Both the position numbers and the translations under genes were made by a program. From NCBI GenBank assembly GCA_965215185.1, contig OZ244034.1:2656001-2720000 (forward strand): a DNA stretch of 64,000 nt, written 5' to 3'. This DNA comes from Acidimicrobiia bacterium (lineage in GTDB: Bacteria; Actinomycetota; Acidimicrobiia; Spongiisociales; ZC4RG35). Of this stretch, positions 18,945 to 29,392 are shown piece after piece. Positions within the stretch are counted from its first letter, which is position 1. The number at the start of each line of letters is the position of its first letter. The notes under the pieces are model-generated. The model was not told where the DNA came from, made no database searches, and was given only the letters and a program-made list of their open reading frames with translations.

Positions 18945-19625
18945 ATGAAGCTCACTCTCATCCGTCACGCCGAGCCGGCTTGGACACAGGGCGGCCGCAT
19001 GGTAGGCAACCCACCACTCTCTGAGTTGGGCGGACGCCAAGCTCAACAGTTGGCGGAGAGATCTTGGTCCGGGGTGGATGAGCTATGGGTCTCGGAGTTG
19101 AAACGTGCTCGGGAGACTGCCGCCCCCCTGGCGGAGAAGCTCGGTTTGACACCCCAGGTACACCCTTGGATGAATGAGATCGGGGACCCGGTGGAATGGG
19201 ATGGGATGCCCATCCGGCAGGTGGAGGCTCAAATGTCCAAACTGGAGGGGGCGCCTTCTCTCGAAAGGCTGTGGAGAGGCGTGCGGAGGGGAGAGGCGTA
19301 TCACAGCTTCCGGGAGAGAATCGCCGACGGACTGCTCCGGTCACTGGAGGGTTTCGGGGCAACAATGCTGCAACCCGATCAGCCTCGCCTGTGGAAGCCC
19401 GCCGAAAGGAAGTCAATTGTGCTGGTGGCCCACGGCGGAACCAACGCGGTGATCTACGAAACGCTCCTGGGGTGTGCAGCGACACCCATCGCATGGCATA
19501 AGTTCCGCTCCCTCCACACGGCGGTCTCCGTCCTGCGGACCCATCCCCTGGCACATGCGGTGGTTTTTGCTCTAGAGAGATTTGGGGATGTTACTCACCT
19601 GTCGCCCGAGCAGGTGACCCAATAG
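18945..19625 (+). CDS. Histidine phosphatase family protein
   Basis: LIRHAE, S.LKRARETA, LVAHGG, DVTHL. Confidence 0.88.
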   Translation: MKLTLIRHAEPAWTQGGRMVGNPPLSELGGRQAQQLAERSWSGVDELWVSELKRARETAAPLAEKLGLTPQVHPWMNEIGDPVEWDGMPIRQVEAQMSKLEGAPSLERLWRGVRRGEAYHSFRERIADGLLRSLEGFGATMLQPDQPRLWKPAERKSIVLVAHGGTNAVIYETLLGCAATPIAWHKFRSLHTAVSVLRTHPLAHAVVFALERFGDVTHLSPEQVTQ

Positions 19626-19627
19626 CC

Positions 19628-20410
19628 TCAGCGTCCGTAGCGACGTTGTCGACGGGAAAAGTCCCGCAGCGCCCGTAAGTAGTCGACCCGGCGAAAAGCT
19701 GGCCAGTAGACATCTGCGAATACGAACTCGGCGTAGGCGGACTGCCACAGCAAGAACCCCGACAGTCGGGATTCTCCTGATGTTCGGATCAACAGATCGG
19801 GATCGGGGAGGTCGGCGGTATACATGTGGCGGGCCAGTCCGGTGGCGTCGATCCGGTCCGCCACCTCCATTGGGTCCTTGATGGTGGCACCGAGTTCCGC
19901 CACCAGATTGCGACAAGCATCAACTATCTCTTGGCGGCCCCCATAGCCCATGGCGATGGTCAGATTGCGGTTCTCCTCACTTGGTCCAGTCTGTTCCATG
20001 GCGGTTTTTGCAGCCGTTAGCAACCTGGCGGGCAGTAGATCCAGGCTTCCTATGAATCGCAGCCCCATTCCATGACTCTGGCATCGTTTCGGGATACGTT
20101 CGAAGAAGCGGATCAGTACCTCGTAAATGGGTTCGAGTTCGGCGGGCTGGCGATTGAGGTTGTCTTTCGACAAGGCCCAGGCGGTAATAGCCGGAATCTG
20201 TAGCTCTGCCGACCAGTCGACGAATTGCTCGAACCGGCGCATTCCCTCCCAGTAGCTGTCTTCGTAGGCGGGTAGGCCGCTGCGGCGGGCATAGCGGCGA
20301 TGACCGTCGAGAATCACCCCCACATGCCGGGGAAAGCGGGAGGCGTCCATCTGGGCAAGCAGGCGTCGTTCATAGATGCGGTAAAGGAGGCTGGTGAAGG
20401 GAGCGGGCAT
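19628..20410 (-). CDS. uppS: Cis-isoprenyl diphosphate synthase (UppS family)
   Basis: HVGVILDGHRR, YGGRQEI, DLLIRTSGESRLSGFLLWQ, RRYG. Confidence 0.9.
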   Translation of the reverse strand: MPAPFTSLLYRIYERRLLAQMDASRFPRHVGVILDGHRRYARRSGLPAYEDSYWEGMRRFEQFVDWSAELQIPAITAWALSKDNLNRQPAELEPIYEVLIRFFERIPKRCQSHGMGLRFIGSLDLLPARLLTAAKTAMEQTGPSEENRNLTIAMGYGGRQEIVDACRNLVAELGATIKDPMEVADRIDATGLARHMYTADLPDPDLLIRTSGESRLSGFLLWQSAYAEFVFADVYWPAFRRVDYLRALRDFSRRQRRYGR

Positions 20411-20444
20411 ATATGTTTTCGACGAGTTGGTTCGTTCGCCAATC

Positions 20445-21227
20445 CTATCTCGCACCTCGGGGATCCCAGCTGAAGAACCGGGTGGTTATCAACAACCCGA
20501 GCAGCAACCATCCGCCCATTATCGCCAGATTATCCCATCCGAGCACCGGACCGGTATGGAAGGGGTCGAAAGCGGCGCCGAACGGTTCTGCGAAATGTTT
20601 GAGCGGAAAGATGTCTCCGAGGATCACCAGCCACCGGGGGGCGTCCTCTAGCGGGATGAAGATGCCCGAGATGAAGGCCATGGGCAGAAAAACGGCGTTG
20701 GCCACGGCTGGCACGGAATCGCCGCTCTTGACAAGTGCACACACCGACAGTCCCAGCGCTGAAAAGGTGGCCATACCCAGTACGAACGCCAACACGGCCG
20801 AACCGAGATCGTCCCACAACATTACGAAACCGAAGAGAGCCCAGCCCACCCCGAACATAAGCACCACCGAGAGCACCGCGATCCATACCCCTGATCCGAT
20901 TCGCCCCGCCATATATATCCAAGCTGGAAGGGGGGTGCCCCGCACCCGTTTGAGGATGCCCTGGTCGCGGGCCAGAGCCGTGCCGATCGAAAGGCTGGTA
21001 AAAGTGGCTGACACCGCTGAGAACACGGCCATCGCCGGAGCGAAGAACTGAGAAAAGCGGTACCCGTCGGTCACTTCTTCGCTTCCAAAGATCACGCTGA
21101 ACAGCACCAAGAAAAACACCGGGAGCGCCATCGTAAAGAAGGCGGCCACCGGCGTCCTCCAAAATGTGCGAGTCTGGCTTCGTATTTGCTGCCAAAGAAG
21201 GAGAAGGTCGGCTTGTGCGCCTTTCAC
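20445..21227 (-). CDS. ABC-2 exporter permease
   Basis: RDQGILKRVRGTP, FISGIFIP, six TM segments. Confidence 0.88.
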   Translation of the reverse strand: MKGAQADLLLLWQQIRSQTRTFWRTPVAAFFTMALPVFFLVLFSVIFGSEEVTDGYRFSQFFAPAMAVFSAVSATFTSLSIGTALARDQGILKRVRGTPLPAWIYMAGRIGSGVWIAVLSVVLMFGVGWALFGFVMLWDDLGSAVLAFVLGMATFSALGLSVCALVKSGDSVPAVANAVFLPMAFISGIFIPLEDAPRWLVILGDIFPLKHFAEPFGAAFDPFHTGPVLGWDNLAIMGGWLLLGLLITTRFFSWDPRGAR

Positions 21228-22135
21228 GATGTCCGTCCTTGGTGACTTGCTTCATCCATGATTTGCAGGTAGATGTCTTCCAGGCTGGGCCTTGTCACCT
21301 CAAGGCCGGCCAGTTGCACTCCACGGCGGGTGGCCCACCCAGTCAGGGCGTACAGGTCGGCGGTCGGATCGGTGCTTCGGTAGACCACCTTGTTGTCGAT
21401 CAACGCGGGGCCCTCTCCGATGGTGGGCAGGTCGGTTGGGTCGGGGACGGTGAAGTGGATGGTGGTGACGGGTTGGGCTGCGCCTAAAGTCTCGGGCGTG
21501 CCTTCGGCCACGACTCTTCCCTCGTTCAAAACCACTATCCGATCGGCAAGATGCTGGGCCTCGTCGAGATAGTGGGTAGTCAAGAGGATGGTTTTACCCA
21601 AGGCGGTGAGTCCCTCCACCAACTCCCATGATTTGCGGCGGGCGGCCGGGTCGAACCCGGTGGTGGGCTCATCGAGAAAAACCAGATCGGGATCGCCCAC
21701 CAGGCCCAAAGCCAGATCTAGGCGGCGACGCTGGCCACCTGACAGGGTCTTGACGCGGGAGTTCGCCTTCTCCTCCAGCCCGACCAGAGCGATCAACTCC
21801 TCTGAGGGGCGGCGGCCGGAGTAGGACGCTCCGTACAAATCGAGCACCTCCCGCACGGTCAGCACCAACTCGATGCCGGTCTCTTGGAGTACGATGCCGA
21901 TCCGATCGCGGAAAGCCCTTCCTCCGGTAGCCGGATGAAAGCCCAGGACATCGATATCGCCGCCGTCCGCCTCTCGATAACCCTCCAGAATCTCCACTGC
22001 GGTGGTTTTCCCGGCTCCGTTGGGACCCAGTAGCGCCAACACCTCGCCTTCGGCGACCGTGAAGCTGGTACTGTCGAGGGCGGTCACGTCACCATAGCGC
22101 TTCACAAGATTGCGGACGGTTATGGCGGTGGACAC
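21224..22135 (-). CDS. ABC exporter ATP-binding protein
   Basis: GPNGAGKTT, LSGGQRRR, DEPTTGFD, TTHYL, PSLEDIY. Confidence 0.92.
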   Translation of the reverse strand: MSTAITVRNLVKRYGDVTALDSTSFTVAEGEVLALLGPNGAGKTTAVEILEGYREADGGDIDVLGFHPATGGRAFRDRIGIVLQETGIELVLTVREVLDLYGASYSGRRPSEELIALVGLEEKANSRVKTLSGGQRRRLDLALGLVGDPDLVFLDEPTTGFDPAARRKSWELVEGLTALGKTILLTTHYLDEAQHLADRIVVLNEGRVVAEGTPETLGAAQPVTTIHFTVPDPTDLPTIGEGPALIDNKVVYRSTDPTADLYALTGWATRRGVQLAGLEVTRPSLEDIYLQIMDEASHQGRTS

Positions 22136-22173
22136 CAGAAAAAGGATAACCCTGGGCGCGGAGGGCTCTTCCA

Positions 22174-22411
22174 GGGGATTCTGACAAAACCCAACGTGTT
22201 AGTGGTTGACTTCTGTCCCACCCCCGTCACATATTGGACATCAGCTACAAAAACCTCGGCCACGGTAATGAGCTCACCGGGCCACAAATCCCTGAGATCA
22301 TCTCCGAATCCTTGTCCCTGACCGGACCTGGATTCTCGCGACCTCAAGTCGGCGGCGGTGGCGGGGGAGGGAGCCCGAACAGGAGAAACATGACCCCACT
22401 TTTCACAACCT
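22174..22411 (+). mobile_element. Candidate non-autonomous ~235-bp element (MITE-like), copy B
   Basis: Shares GTTGA(C)TTCTGTCCCACC..CATATTG and GGCGGGGGAGGG..CCCGAA blocks with 12376-12609 at equal offsets; right end TTTTCACAACC. Confidence 0.45.
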
Positions 22412-22454
22412 AGCGTTGCATCCATCCCGGAGCCCAGGATGTGTTCCGGCCTTT

Positions 22455-24305
22455 TCAGGGAGTCTTCACTGAGCTTGAACGGCTATTCGGCTGCCGCTGC
22501 GATGAGCGGCCTACCGCCGGGTGTGCCCCTGCAAGGAGTGGGATCGGCATGGGAACCAGCTTGGCCCGCAGATACTCGCCCAAGCTTTTGGCTTGGGGGT
22601 CGGTCCGGGTGTTGGAGGACACGCCTTCTCCCAGGAGTCCCCGCACCACGAAATTGATGGCGTGGAGGTTGGGCAGCGGATGGCGCTCCACCTCCAGATC
22701 GGCGGCCTCGGAGAGCAGTTCCTTAAACCGGGCCACAGACAGGAATCCGAGCATCCATGTGAACGCTTCCTCGCTCTCGGTCCACACCCCGACATTGGCG
22801 TCTCCACCTTTGTCGCCCGAGCGCGCCCCAGCTATCTCACCCAAGGGCGCCATCGCCGTTTCGGCGTCCTTCCAGCGATCGGGTCCCGTCTCCAACGGGT
22901 CAGTGGACTCACCAACCCCCGGATCAACGTCGACCTGATCGTTCTCACCCACCGCCGGTGCCCTGAGGGCGGGGATCTCGCTTTCCCTGTCTCCCATGCA
23001 AACCTTCTGGACCACTTGGGAGGCGTCCACTGTGGTCGGCCAGTAAACGGCGTATGGGGAGGAGTCCCCGGGTGGGGCCGTCATGAAGAACCCGGGATAG
23101 TGAGCCAGCGCCAATTCCACCGCCGCCCGGGAGAACCGCTTTCCCACCTTGTCGGGATCCTGGTCTTTCACAGTTATCCGAAGCTGCGACATGGCCGCCT
23201 CGTTGGTGACCGGATCGGGATGACCGGTCTCGGTAAAGGAGACGGCCGCCTCGGCGAACTGATCAGGGCCTCCCAGACTCTCCCATAGGGCATCGGTAAC
23301 CAACTCCGCCTTTCGATTAGCGTCTAAGCCGGTGATCATCATGGTCACCGAGTTGCGGTAGCCCCCCAGATAGTTGAGGGCGACTTTCAGGGTGGAGGGC
23401 GGGGGCTCTCCCCGAACTCCGGTTACCCCCACCCGATCGGGCCCGTCCTGGATCAGCCGGATGGTGTCCAAACGGGCGGTCACATCGGGATTGTGATACC
23501 GCGCTCCACCCACCTCATACAGAAGCTGAGCAGTGACAGTGCCCACCGACACCAACCCACCGGTTCCCGGATGCTTGGTGATCACGGCCGACCCGTCTTC
23601 GGAAAGTTCGGCGATCGGAAATCCCACCCGTTCCAATCCTGGGACCCGGTCGAAGAAGGAGTAGTTGCCCCCGGTGCACTGGGCGCCACATTCGATGATG
23701 TGCCCGGCCACCAAAGCTCCCGCCAGTTGGTGGTAATCCTCCGCTCTCCAGTCAAAGGCCCACATTCCGGGTCCGATGACCACTGCCGCGTCTGTCACCC
23801 GTCCGGTTACCACCACGTCCGCCCCCCAAGAGAGGGCCTCGGCGATACCCGCTCCGCCCAGGTAGGCATTGGCGGTCAGGGGCATGACTCCTGATGGAAA
23901 GGGCCGCCCGGAATCAAAATGACGCAGTTTGTTGACCTCCTGCAATTCGGAGACTCGCCCGGTTAGGTCATCGCCCGAAACCCAGGCGATGCGGGGTTTA
24001 AGGCCCAGACGATCTGCCATCTCCCCCAGCCGCTCGGCCATTCCTTGCGGGTTCAGGCCACCGGCGTTGGACACCACCTTGATCCCCCGGTCCAGGCAGG
24101 TTCCCAGCACCTGTTCCATCTGGGTTAGAAAGGTACGAACATACCCGCCCTTGGGGTCGCGGCGACGCAGACGCCAGAGAATCGCCATGGTCAACTCGGC
24201 CAGGTAGTCCCCGGTCAGGACATCGATTGGTCCTCCCTCCACCATCTCCCGAGCCGCTGCCAGCCGGTCTCCATAAAAGCCCGAGCAGTTGGCGATGCGC
24301 AACAT
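22455..24305 (-). CDS. Acyclic terpene utilization AtuA family protein
   Basis: LRIANCSGFYGDR, DYLAELT, GHIIECG.Q.TGGN, ARSGDKGG, DPQAK.LGE. Confidence 0.92.
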   Translation of the reverse strand: MLRIANCSGFYGDRLAAAREMVEGGPIDVLTGDYLAELTMAILWRLRRRDPKGGYVRTFLTQMEQVLGTCLDRGIKVVSNAGGLNPQGMAERLGEMADRLGLKPRIAWVSGDDLTGRVSELQEVNKLRHFDSGRPFPSGVMPLTANAYLGGAGIAEALSWGADVVVTGRVTDAAVVIGPGMWAFDWRAEDYHQLAGALVAGHIIECGAQCTGGNYSFFDRVPGLERVGFPIAELSEDGSAVITKHPGTGGLVSVGTVTAQLLYEVGGARYHNPDVTARLDTIRLIQDGPDRVGVTGVRGEPPPSTLKVALNYLGGYRNSVTMMITGLDANRKAELVTDALWESLGGPDQFAEAAVSFTETGHPDPVTNEAAMSQLRITVKDQDPDKVGKRFSRAAVELALAHYPGFFMTAPPGDSSPYAVYWPTTVDASQVVQKVCMGDRESEIPALRAPAVGENDQVDVDPGVGESTDPLETGPDRWKDAETAMAPLGEIAGARSGDKGGDANVGVWTESEEAFTWMLGFLSVARFKELLSEAADLEVERHPLPNLHAINFVVRGLLGEGVSSNTRTDPQAKSLGEYLRAKLVPMPIPLLAGAHPAVGRSSQRQPNSRSSSVKTP

Positions 24306-24319
24306 TTTCGTTTTGCCTT

Positions 24320-25771
24320 TCACGCCAACTCCCGGCTGTGTCGAGGGCTTTGCCGGCACAGGTTTTCCACCTCGTCGGGAGCCCTGGGCAAACCTGCGGT
24401 GAGATTCTCATATCCCTCGGAGGTGATCACCACGTCATCTTCGATTCTCACTCCGATGCCCAAGAGCTCGGGGGGAATGGCATGTTTGACTTTGGGAGCC
24501 TCCTCCCGCAGCTTCTGGTGACGTGCGGCGGCGGAGGGGTCCAGCATCCGCTCTGTGGCCCATTGATCGGAATCGTATTCCAGCCGGGCGAATTCAATCT
24601 CGGGGCGGGCAGGGTCCACATACAGGCCGGGTTCAACGGTCAGCACCATGCCCGGTTCCAGAGTCCTATGAGCGCCTTGGGTCCGGTAGGCGCCCACATC
24701 GTGGACATCCATCCCCAGCCAGTGGGAAGTTCCGTGCATGAAGAACTCCGAATACAGGTGCATATTCATCGCCTCTTCGACACCGGTTGGCAGCAGTCCC
24801 ATCTCCACCATCCCCTCCACCAGCACACCCAGAGCCGCCTCGTGTGGCGAGCGGATGTGGGCGCCCGGTTGACAGGAGGCGATTGCTTTGTCCTGAGCCT
24901 TCAGCACCACCTCGTAGACACGGCGTTGCGGGCCGGTGTATGAGCCGGATACCGGGAAGGTGCGGGTGATGTCAGAAGTGAAGTGGTGGAGTTCACAGGC
25001 CGCGTCCACCAGCAGCAGGTCACCTTCTTCCATCCGCCGGTTGTTGTCGACATAGTGGAGTATGCAGGCGTTGGGTCCAGAGGCGACGATGGGCGGGTAT
25101 CCCTCGCGGGGAGACCCGCCCATCCGCCACACGTGTTCCATGGCGGCCTGGACCTGGTATTCCCATCGGCCGGGGCCCGCGATCCGCATAGCCTCCCGGT
25201 GGCCTTCCATAGTCAACTCACAGGCCTCCCGCAGCCACTGGATCTCCTGGGCAGATTTGCGCAGACGAAGCTCGGATAGAAGCGGACGCAGGTCGGAGAG
25301 ATGGCGGGGGAGTTTCACCCCTAGTCGGGTGTGCAGGGCGTCGGTCTTTTCCAGCAGGTTCATGACCTGTGTTGGTCGGGCGGCCGCCGCCAGGGAAACC
25401 CAAATAACCGACCGGCCCTGCGCCAGCCTCAGCAGCCGGTCATCGAACTCGGCAACGGGATAGGCGGCATCGGCGCCGTAAGACTCTTTTGCGCCTTCCA
25501 CTCCGGCCCGAGGACCGTCCCAGATCTCTCTCTGGCGGTCTTTTGGCTGGACGAACAGCGTGAATTCCCCCTCCGGGTGTTCGGGGGCGAGTACCGCCGC
25601 GGCATGAGGTTCGGCGAATCCGGTGAGAAAAAAGAAGTCGGAATCCTGACGAAAGAGGTTTTCGACGTCGGGGTTACGGAGACTGGGAACGGCGGCCATT
25701 ACCACCGCCAAACCCTCGGGGCCGACTAATTCGGAAAGTCGCTTCCGGTTATGGGCGAAAGGGTTGTCCAT
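24320..25771 (-). CDS. pepP: Xaa-Pro aminopeptidase
   Basis: FRQDSDF, ILHY, LVDAA..SDITRT, HGTSHWLGMDVHD, TVEPG, GVRIED. Confidence 0.92.
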   Translation of the reverse strand: MDNPFAHNRKRLSELVGPEGLAVVMAAVPSLRNPDVENLFRQDSDFFFLTGFAEPHAAAVLAPEHPEGEFTLFVQPKDRQREIWDGPRAGVEGAKESYGADAAYPVAEFDDRLLRLAQGRSVIWVSLAAAARPTQVMNLLEKTDALHTRLGVKLPRHLSDLRPLLSELRLRKSAQEIQWLREACELTMEGHREAMRIAGPGRWEYQVQAAMEHVWRMGGSPREGYPPIVASGPNACILHYVDNNRRMEEGDLLLVDAACELHHFTSDITRTFPVSGSYTGPQRRVYEVVLKAQDKAIASCQPGAHIRSPHEAALGVLVEGMVEMGLLPTGVEEAMNMHLYSEFFMHGTSHWLGMDVHDVGAYRTQGAHRTLEPGMVLTVEPGLYVDPARPEIEFARLEYDSDQWATERMLDPSAAARHQKLREEAPKVKHAIPPELLGIGVRIEDDVVITSEGYENLTAGLPRAPDEVENLCRQSPRHSRELA

Positions 25772-25847
25772 CTCAAGTCCTTTGGTTCCACAAGGTGACC
25801 CTGAAAAGGATAAGGGCGATCAGTACCAGGTGTACCTCCCCGACGAG

Positions 25848-26789
25848 TCAGCCGGTTGGGGAAACGACAGCCAGGTCTACAACCAGTGGGAAGTGATCCG
25901 ACCCAACGTCGGGTCCCAGCCACCTGTCCGCAACCACGAAATCCGAGGAATGGAGTAAATGATCAATGGGAACCCGGGTGAGGAAGTTGCCATTCACAGG
26001 AAAACTTGCGGCCAGACCGAAACCGCGCTGTGAATTTCGAAGCCCGACATCGGCAAGGGCCGCGAAAACATGAGACCAGGGAGTGGCGTTGAAGTCCCCG
26101 GCCACCACGGTGGGTCCCACCGAACCCCGGGCCCAATTGGTAACAAAGCCGAATTGGGCGTCTCGCAGCGCTGCACGACGCCCGTTGGTCGGAGCCAGGG
26201 GATGGATTCCGAGCAATGTCACCTCCGTTTCGCCCAGGCTCACCACCACCTCCATCGCTCGGGCTTCCCGCTCGGCCCATCCGTGGCTGATCACCCGGGA
26301 AGGCGGCTGTTTGGTCAACGCCAGAGTGGAGAAAATCAAGCGGTCGGGACGGGAGCGATATTGCTGATAGTGAAGCCGCCCGTCTTCAAAAGCTTCTGCC
26401 AGTGCCTCTTCCCAGAGTCGGCTGGCTTCATGAACGAACACCACATCCGCGTCTGCATTTCCTAGGAATTCCACTGCCTTCTCGTATTCCTGATTCTGTC
26501 CTTGAATATTGATCGAAACCACCCGCAGACGGGGCGCATCCGGCGGAACGTCCTGCCTTCCCCAAAACAGGGGAGCCACAAACGCCAGATTCACCAGTCC
26601 CATAATCAGAGTCGCCCATCCCAGGCGCCGCCACTTCCTTAACAGCAACACCGCAGCGGCCAGCAGCAGACCCACCGCATATTGAGGGCGAAAGCTGGCC
26701 GCCAAATCCAGCGGCCAGACCCACCCACCGAGGAACCCACCGAGGCTGACCACGCCGATCAGCAAAGCGGGGATTGCTACCAGGATCAA
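25848..26789 (-). CDS. Membrane-anchored endonuclease/exonuclease/phosphatase family protein
   Basis: Three N-terminal TMs; SIN, AGDFNATPWS, PIDH, GSDHFP; start uncertain. Confidence 0.85.
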   Translation of the reverse strand: MILVAIPALLIGVVSLGGFLGGWVWPLDLAASFRPQYAVGLLLAAAVLLLRKWRRLGWATLIMGLVNLAFVAPLFWGRQDVPPDAPRLRVVSINIQGQNQEYEKAVEFLGNADADVVFVHEASRLWEEALAEAFEDGRLHYQQYRSRPDRLIFSTLALTKQPPSRVISHGWAEREARAMEVVVSLGETEVTLLGIHPLAPTNGRRAALRDAQFGFVTNWARGSVGPTVVAGDFNATPWSHVFAALADVGLRNSQRGFGLAASFPVNGNFLTRVPIDHLLHSSDFVVADRWLGPDVGSDHFPLVVDLAVVSPTG

Positions 26790-26901
26790 TTCCGCGAAAC
26801 CCTACATCCTCCCGGGCGGATCCCCCAGCCATGGGTTCTTGCAAGAGCGCTCACTACCACTTTGATTGACACCTACGGTGCGACCGGACATGGAGGACGG
26901 G

Positions 26902-27633
26902 TCACCAAAGGGGAAGACGCCGCTCCGCTTGTCGGAGGCGTTGGCGGCGGTCTTTGACGTCAGGTATCACGAAGGAAACCAGGTCCCAGAAATGGGAGGA
27001 GTGGTTCATGGCGATTAGATGGGTGAGTTCGTGCACCACCAGGTAGTCGATCAGTTCAGGGTCGAGCATCATGGCCTGCCAGTTGAAGCGCAAAGTCCCG
27101 TCACGGGCACAACTCGCCCAGCGCCGACGTTGGTCTCGAATCAGAATCCGAGGCTCGGTGTTGCATGCCACGAACGGCAGCCAGTACTCGACACGTTCGG
27201 GCAGATACTCGGCCGCTCGTTCGCGATACCACTCTATAAAGGAGTTGCGGATCAACTCCCTGCGCTCTTCCTCAGAGAATCCCGGAGGTGCGTCGAACAA
27301 GAAGCGCCCGTTGTCGAAACGGACCCATGGTCTTGAGAACTGATCAGTGCTCACGGTTATCTGAACTTCCACACCGAGATACGGCATCGTTTCCCCGCTT
27401 ATGAACTGTTTGGGTGCGGGCCTGTTCTTCAGAACTTCGCGCCGGTCCAGGATCCATCGTGCCTGTTTGCGAATCAGCTGCTCCACTTCGCGGTCAGAAG
27501 TATCAGCCGGGGCGAGCACCCGTACGTTTTCGAGGCTCACCTGGGTCTGAATGGTTTTCTTGCGTCGCTGGCTGCGAACCACCACGTAAGTGATGGTTGT
27601 ATCTCCGAATTGGACGTTGCCCTTGTGGTTCAT
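26902..27633 (-). CDS. YgjP/DUF45 zinc metallohydrolase family protein
   Basis: RSQRRK, RRWASC, YLVVHELTHL..NHS..FW; GGAGG RBS before MNHKG. Confidence 0.9.
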   Translation of the reverse strand: MNHKGNVQFGDTTITYVVVRSQRRKKTIQTQVSLENVRVLAPADTSDREVEQLIRKQARWILDRREVLKNRPAPKQFISGETMPYLGVEVQITVSTDQFSRPWVRFDNGRFLFDAPPGFSEEERRELIRNSFIEWYRERAAEYLPERVEYWLPFVACNTEPRILIRDQRRRWASCARDGTLRFNWQAMMLDPELIDYLVVHELTHLIAMNHSSHFWDLVSFVIPDVKDRRQRLRQAERRLPLW

Positions 27634-27752
27634 TGGTCCTCCCTTCAGACCACTCCAACGATTTGAGGGGTCAGTCTGTATGTTGTTGTCTCCGCAAAAC
27701 GGTAAGTTGCCCACCCGTCTTTCCTTCCCTATGCAGGAGCCGGGTTGTTGCT

Positions 27753-28625
27753 CTAGGTGCTCACCAGCCAGTCGGCGATGAGCTGTCCGATCTCGGGCCC
27801 GGAGTCTTCTTGGATGAAGTGGGTTCCCCGTACGGTGTTTTCGGTCTGGTTGGGCCAGGAGCGGCAAAACTCCCGTTGCTTTCCGATCAGGATGGTCCCC
27901 GGCTTGGCGTTGATGAACAGCTTGGGCACCTGGCTGTCCGCCAGCCACTGCGCGTAATCGGCGACAATCTGAGCTACATCGTTGGGCTTGCCATCGATGG
28001 GAATCTCCCGCGGCCAGGTCAGTGTGGGCCGGCGGGTCTCGCCTCCGTCGGCGTAGGGTCGGCGATACTCGGCCATCACCTCCTCCGACAGGGGATCAAT
28101 CACCGAGGCGGGAAGGATCCTCTCCACGAACACGTTCTTGTTGATAACGATCTCCTCCCCGGCCGGTGAACGCATGGCTTCGAATATGTGCCGAGCGGGT
28201 CCCGGCCAATCGTCCCAGGAGACCGGGCAGACGATCGTCTCCATGTAGACCAAGCCCCGGACCGCGTCTCGGTTGCGGTTGGCCCAATCGAAGGCCAGGG
28301 CTCCACCCCAGTCATGTCCCACCAAGGTCACATTGTCGGTGGCCCCCACCGCTTCCAGCCAACCATCCACGTACCGGCGGTGCTCCACGAAGCGATAGGA
28401 GCTCGGTCCCGAGGAATCGAGCTTGTCGGAATCCCCCATCCCGATCAGATCGGGCGCCAGGCATCGACCTTGGCCGACCAACGGCAGGATGACGTTGCGC
28501 CACAAGAAGGAAGAAGTGGGATTTCCGTGAAGGAAAACGATCGGGTCGCCTTTGCCGGCCTCGGTGTAGGCTATGCCCTTGCCGAGGACTTCCACGTATT
28601 TCTTGGAGGATGCGAAGTTGCTCAT
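27753..28625 (-). CDS. dhaA: Haloalkane dehalogenase (HLD-II)
   Basis: LHGNPTSSFLWR, GHDWG, TLTWPREIP, HFIQED. Confidence 0.92.
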   Translation of the reverse strand: MSNFASSKKYVEVLGKGIAYTEAGKGDPIVFLHGNPTSSFLWRNVILPLVGQGRCLAPDLIGMGDSDKLDSSGPSSYRFVEHRRYVDGWLEAVGATDNVTLVGHDWGGALAFDWANRNRDAVRGLVYMETIVCPVSWDDWPGPARHIFEAMRSPAGEEIVINKNVFVERILPASVIDPLSEEVMAEYRRPYADGGETRRPTLTWPREIPIDGKPNDVAQIVADYAQWLADSQVPKLFINAKPGTILIGKQREFCRSWPNQTENTVRGTHFIQEDSGPEIGQLIADWLVST

Positions 28626-28744
28626 GGGGCAAGCTTAGAAAGCGGATGTGACGATTTCGGGTGGCGCCCAAGGCCCACCTTGCCCGGCGGCGGCTCTAAC
28701 CCCACAGACGAGGGCTTCCACTCACATCCGTATACCCTGGGGAC

Positions 28745-29392
28745 ATGGAACTTACACAGGCTCTCTATACAACCCGCGCCATGCGCCGGGTGCTGCCAGA
28801 CCCGATTCCCACCGAGGTGGTGCAGGCAATGTTGGACGCGGCGGTGCGCTCCCCCTCGGGCGGTAACGCTCAAAACTGGCGTTTTGTGGCCGTTGCCGAT
28901 CCGCAGGTGCGAACCGGACTGGGCGCGCTCTATCAGGAGGCATTCGCCACTCTATTGGAAAAGGTCTACGGCAAGATCTTGGATCGGGCCCGCCGGGGCG
29001 GCGACGAAAAGACGCTTAGCGTCTTCAAATCAGCCCAGTGGCTGGCCGACAACGCCGCCGAAGTCCCGCTGTGGCTGCTTTTCTACACAAGAGGAGACCA
29101 GTCGGGAGCATCTACCTACCCGGCAGTGTGGAGCGCCATGCTGGCTGCTCGCGGACATGGGGTGGGCACATGTCTCACCACCATCCTGGGAGACTTCAAA
29201 GCGGCCGAAACCGACAAGTTATTGGGAGTCCCGGCCGACCGGGGCTGGAAGCAGGCGGCGGCCGTTTCCTGTGGGTATCCGATGGGTCGGTGGGGCGTAG
29301 CCAGTCGCCGTCCCGTCCACGAGGTCGCCTACGCCGACCGATGGGACACTCCGGTCTCCTGGAGGGTCGACGAGCCTCTTTGGAGTGGTTAG
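28745..29392 (+). CDS. Nitroreductase family protein
   Basis: TTRAMRR, RSPSGGNAQNWRF, ARGHGVGTCLT, GYP. Confidence 0.88.
   Translation: MELTQALYTTRAMRRVLPDPIPTEVVQAMLDAAVRSPSGGNAQNWRFVAVADPQVRTGLGALYQEAFATLLEKVYGKILDRARRGGDEKTLSVFKSAQWLADNAAEVPLWLLFYTRGDQSGASTYPAVWSAMLAARGHGVGTCLTTILGDFKAAETDKLLGVPADRGWKQAAAVSCGYPMGRWGVASRRPVHEVAYADRWDTPVSWRVDEPLWSG

Noticed and set aside
26902-27633. Restriction-modification defence locus around the YgjP-like gene
   Set aside because: No hsd or other defence genes adjacent.
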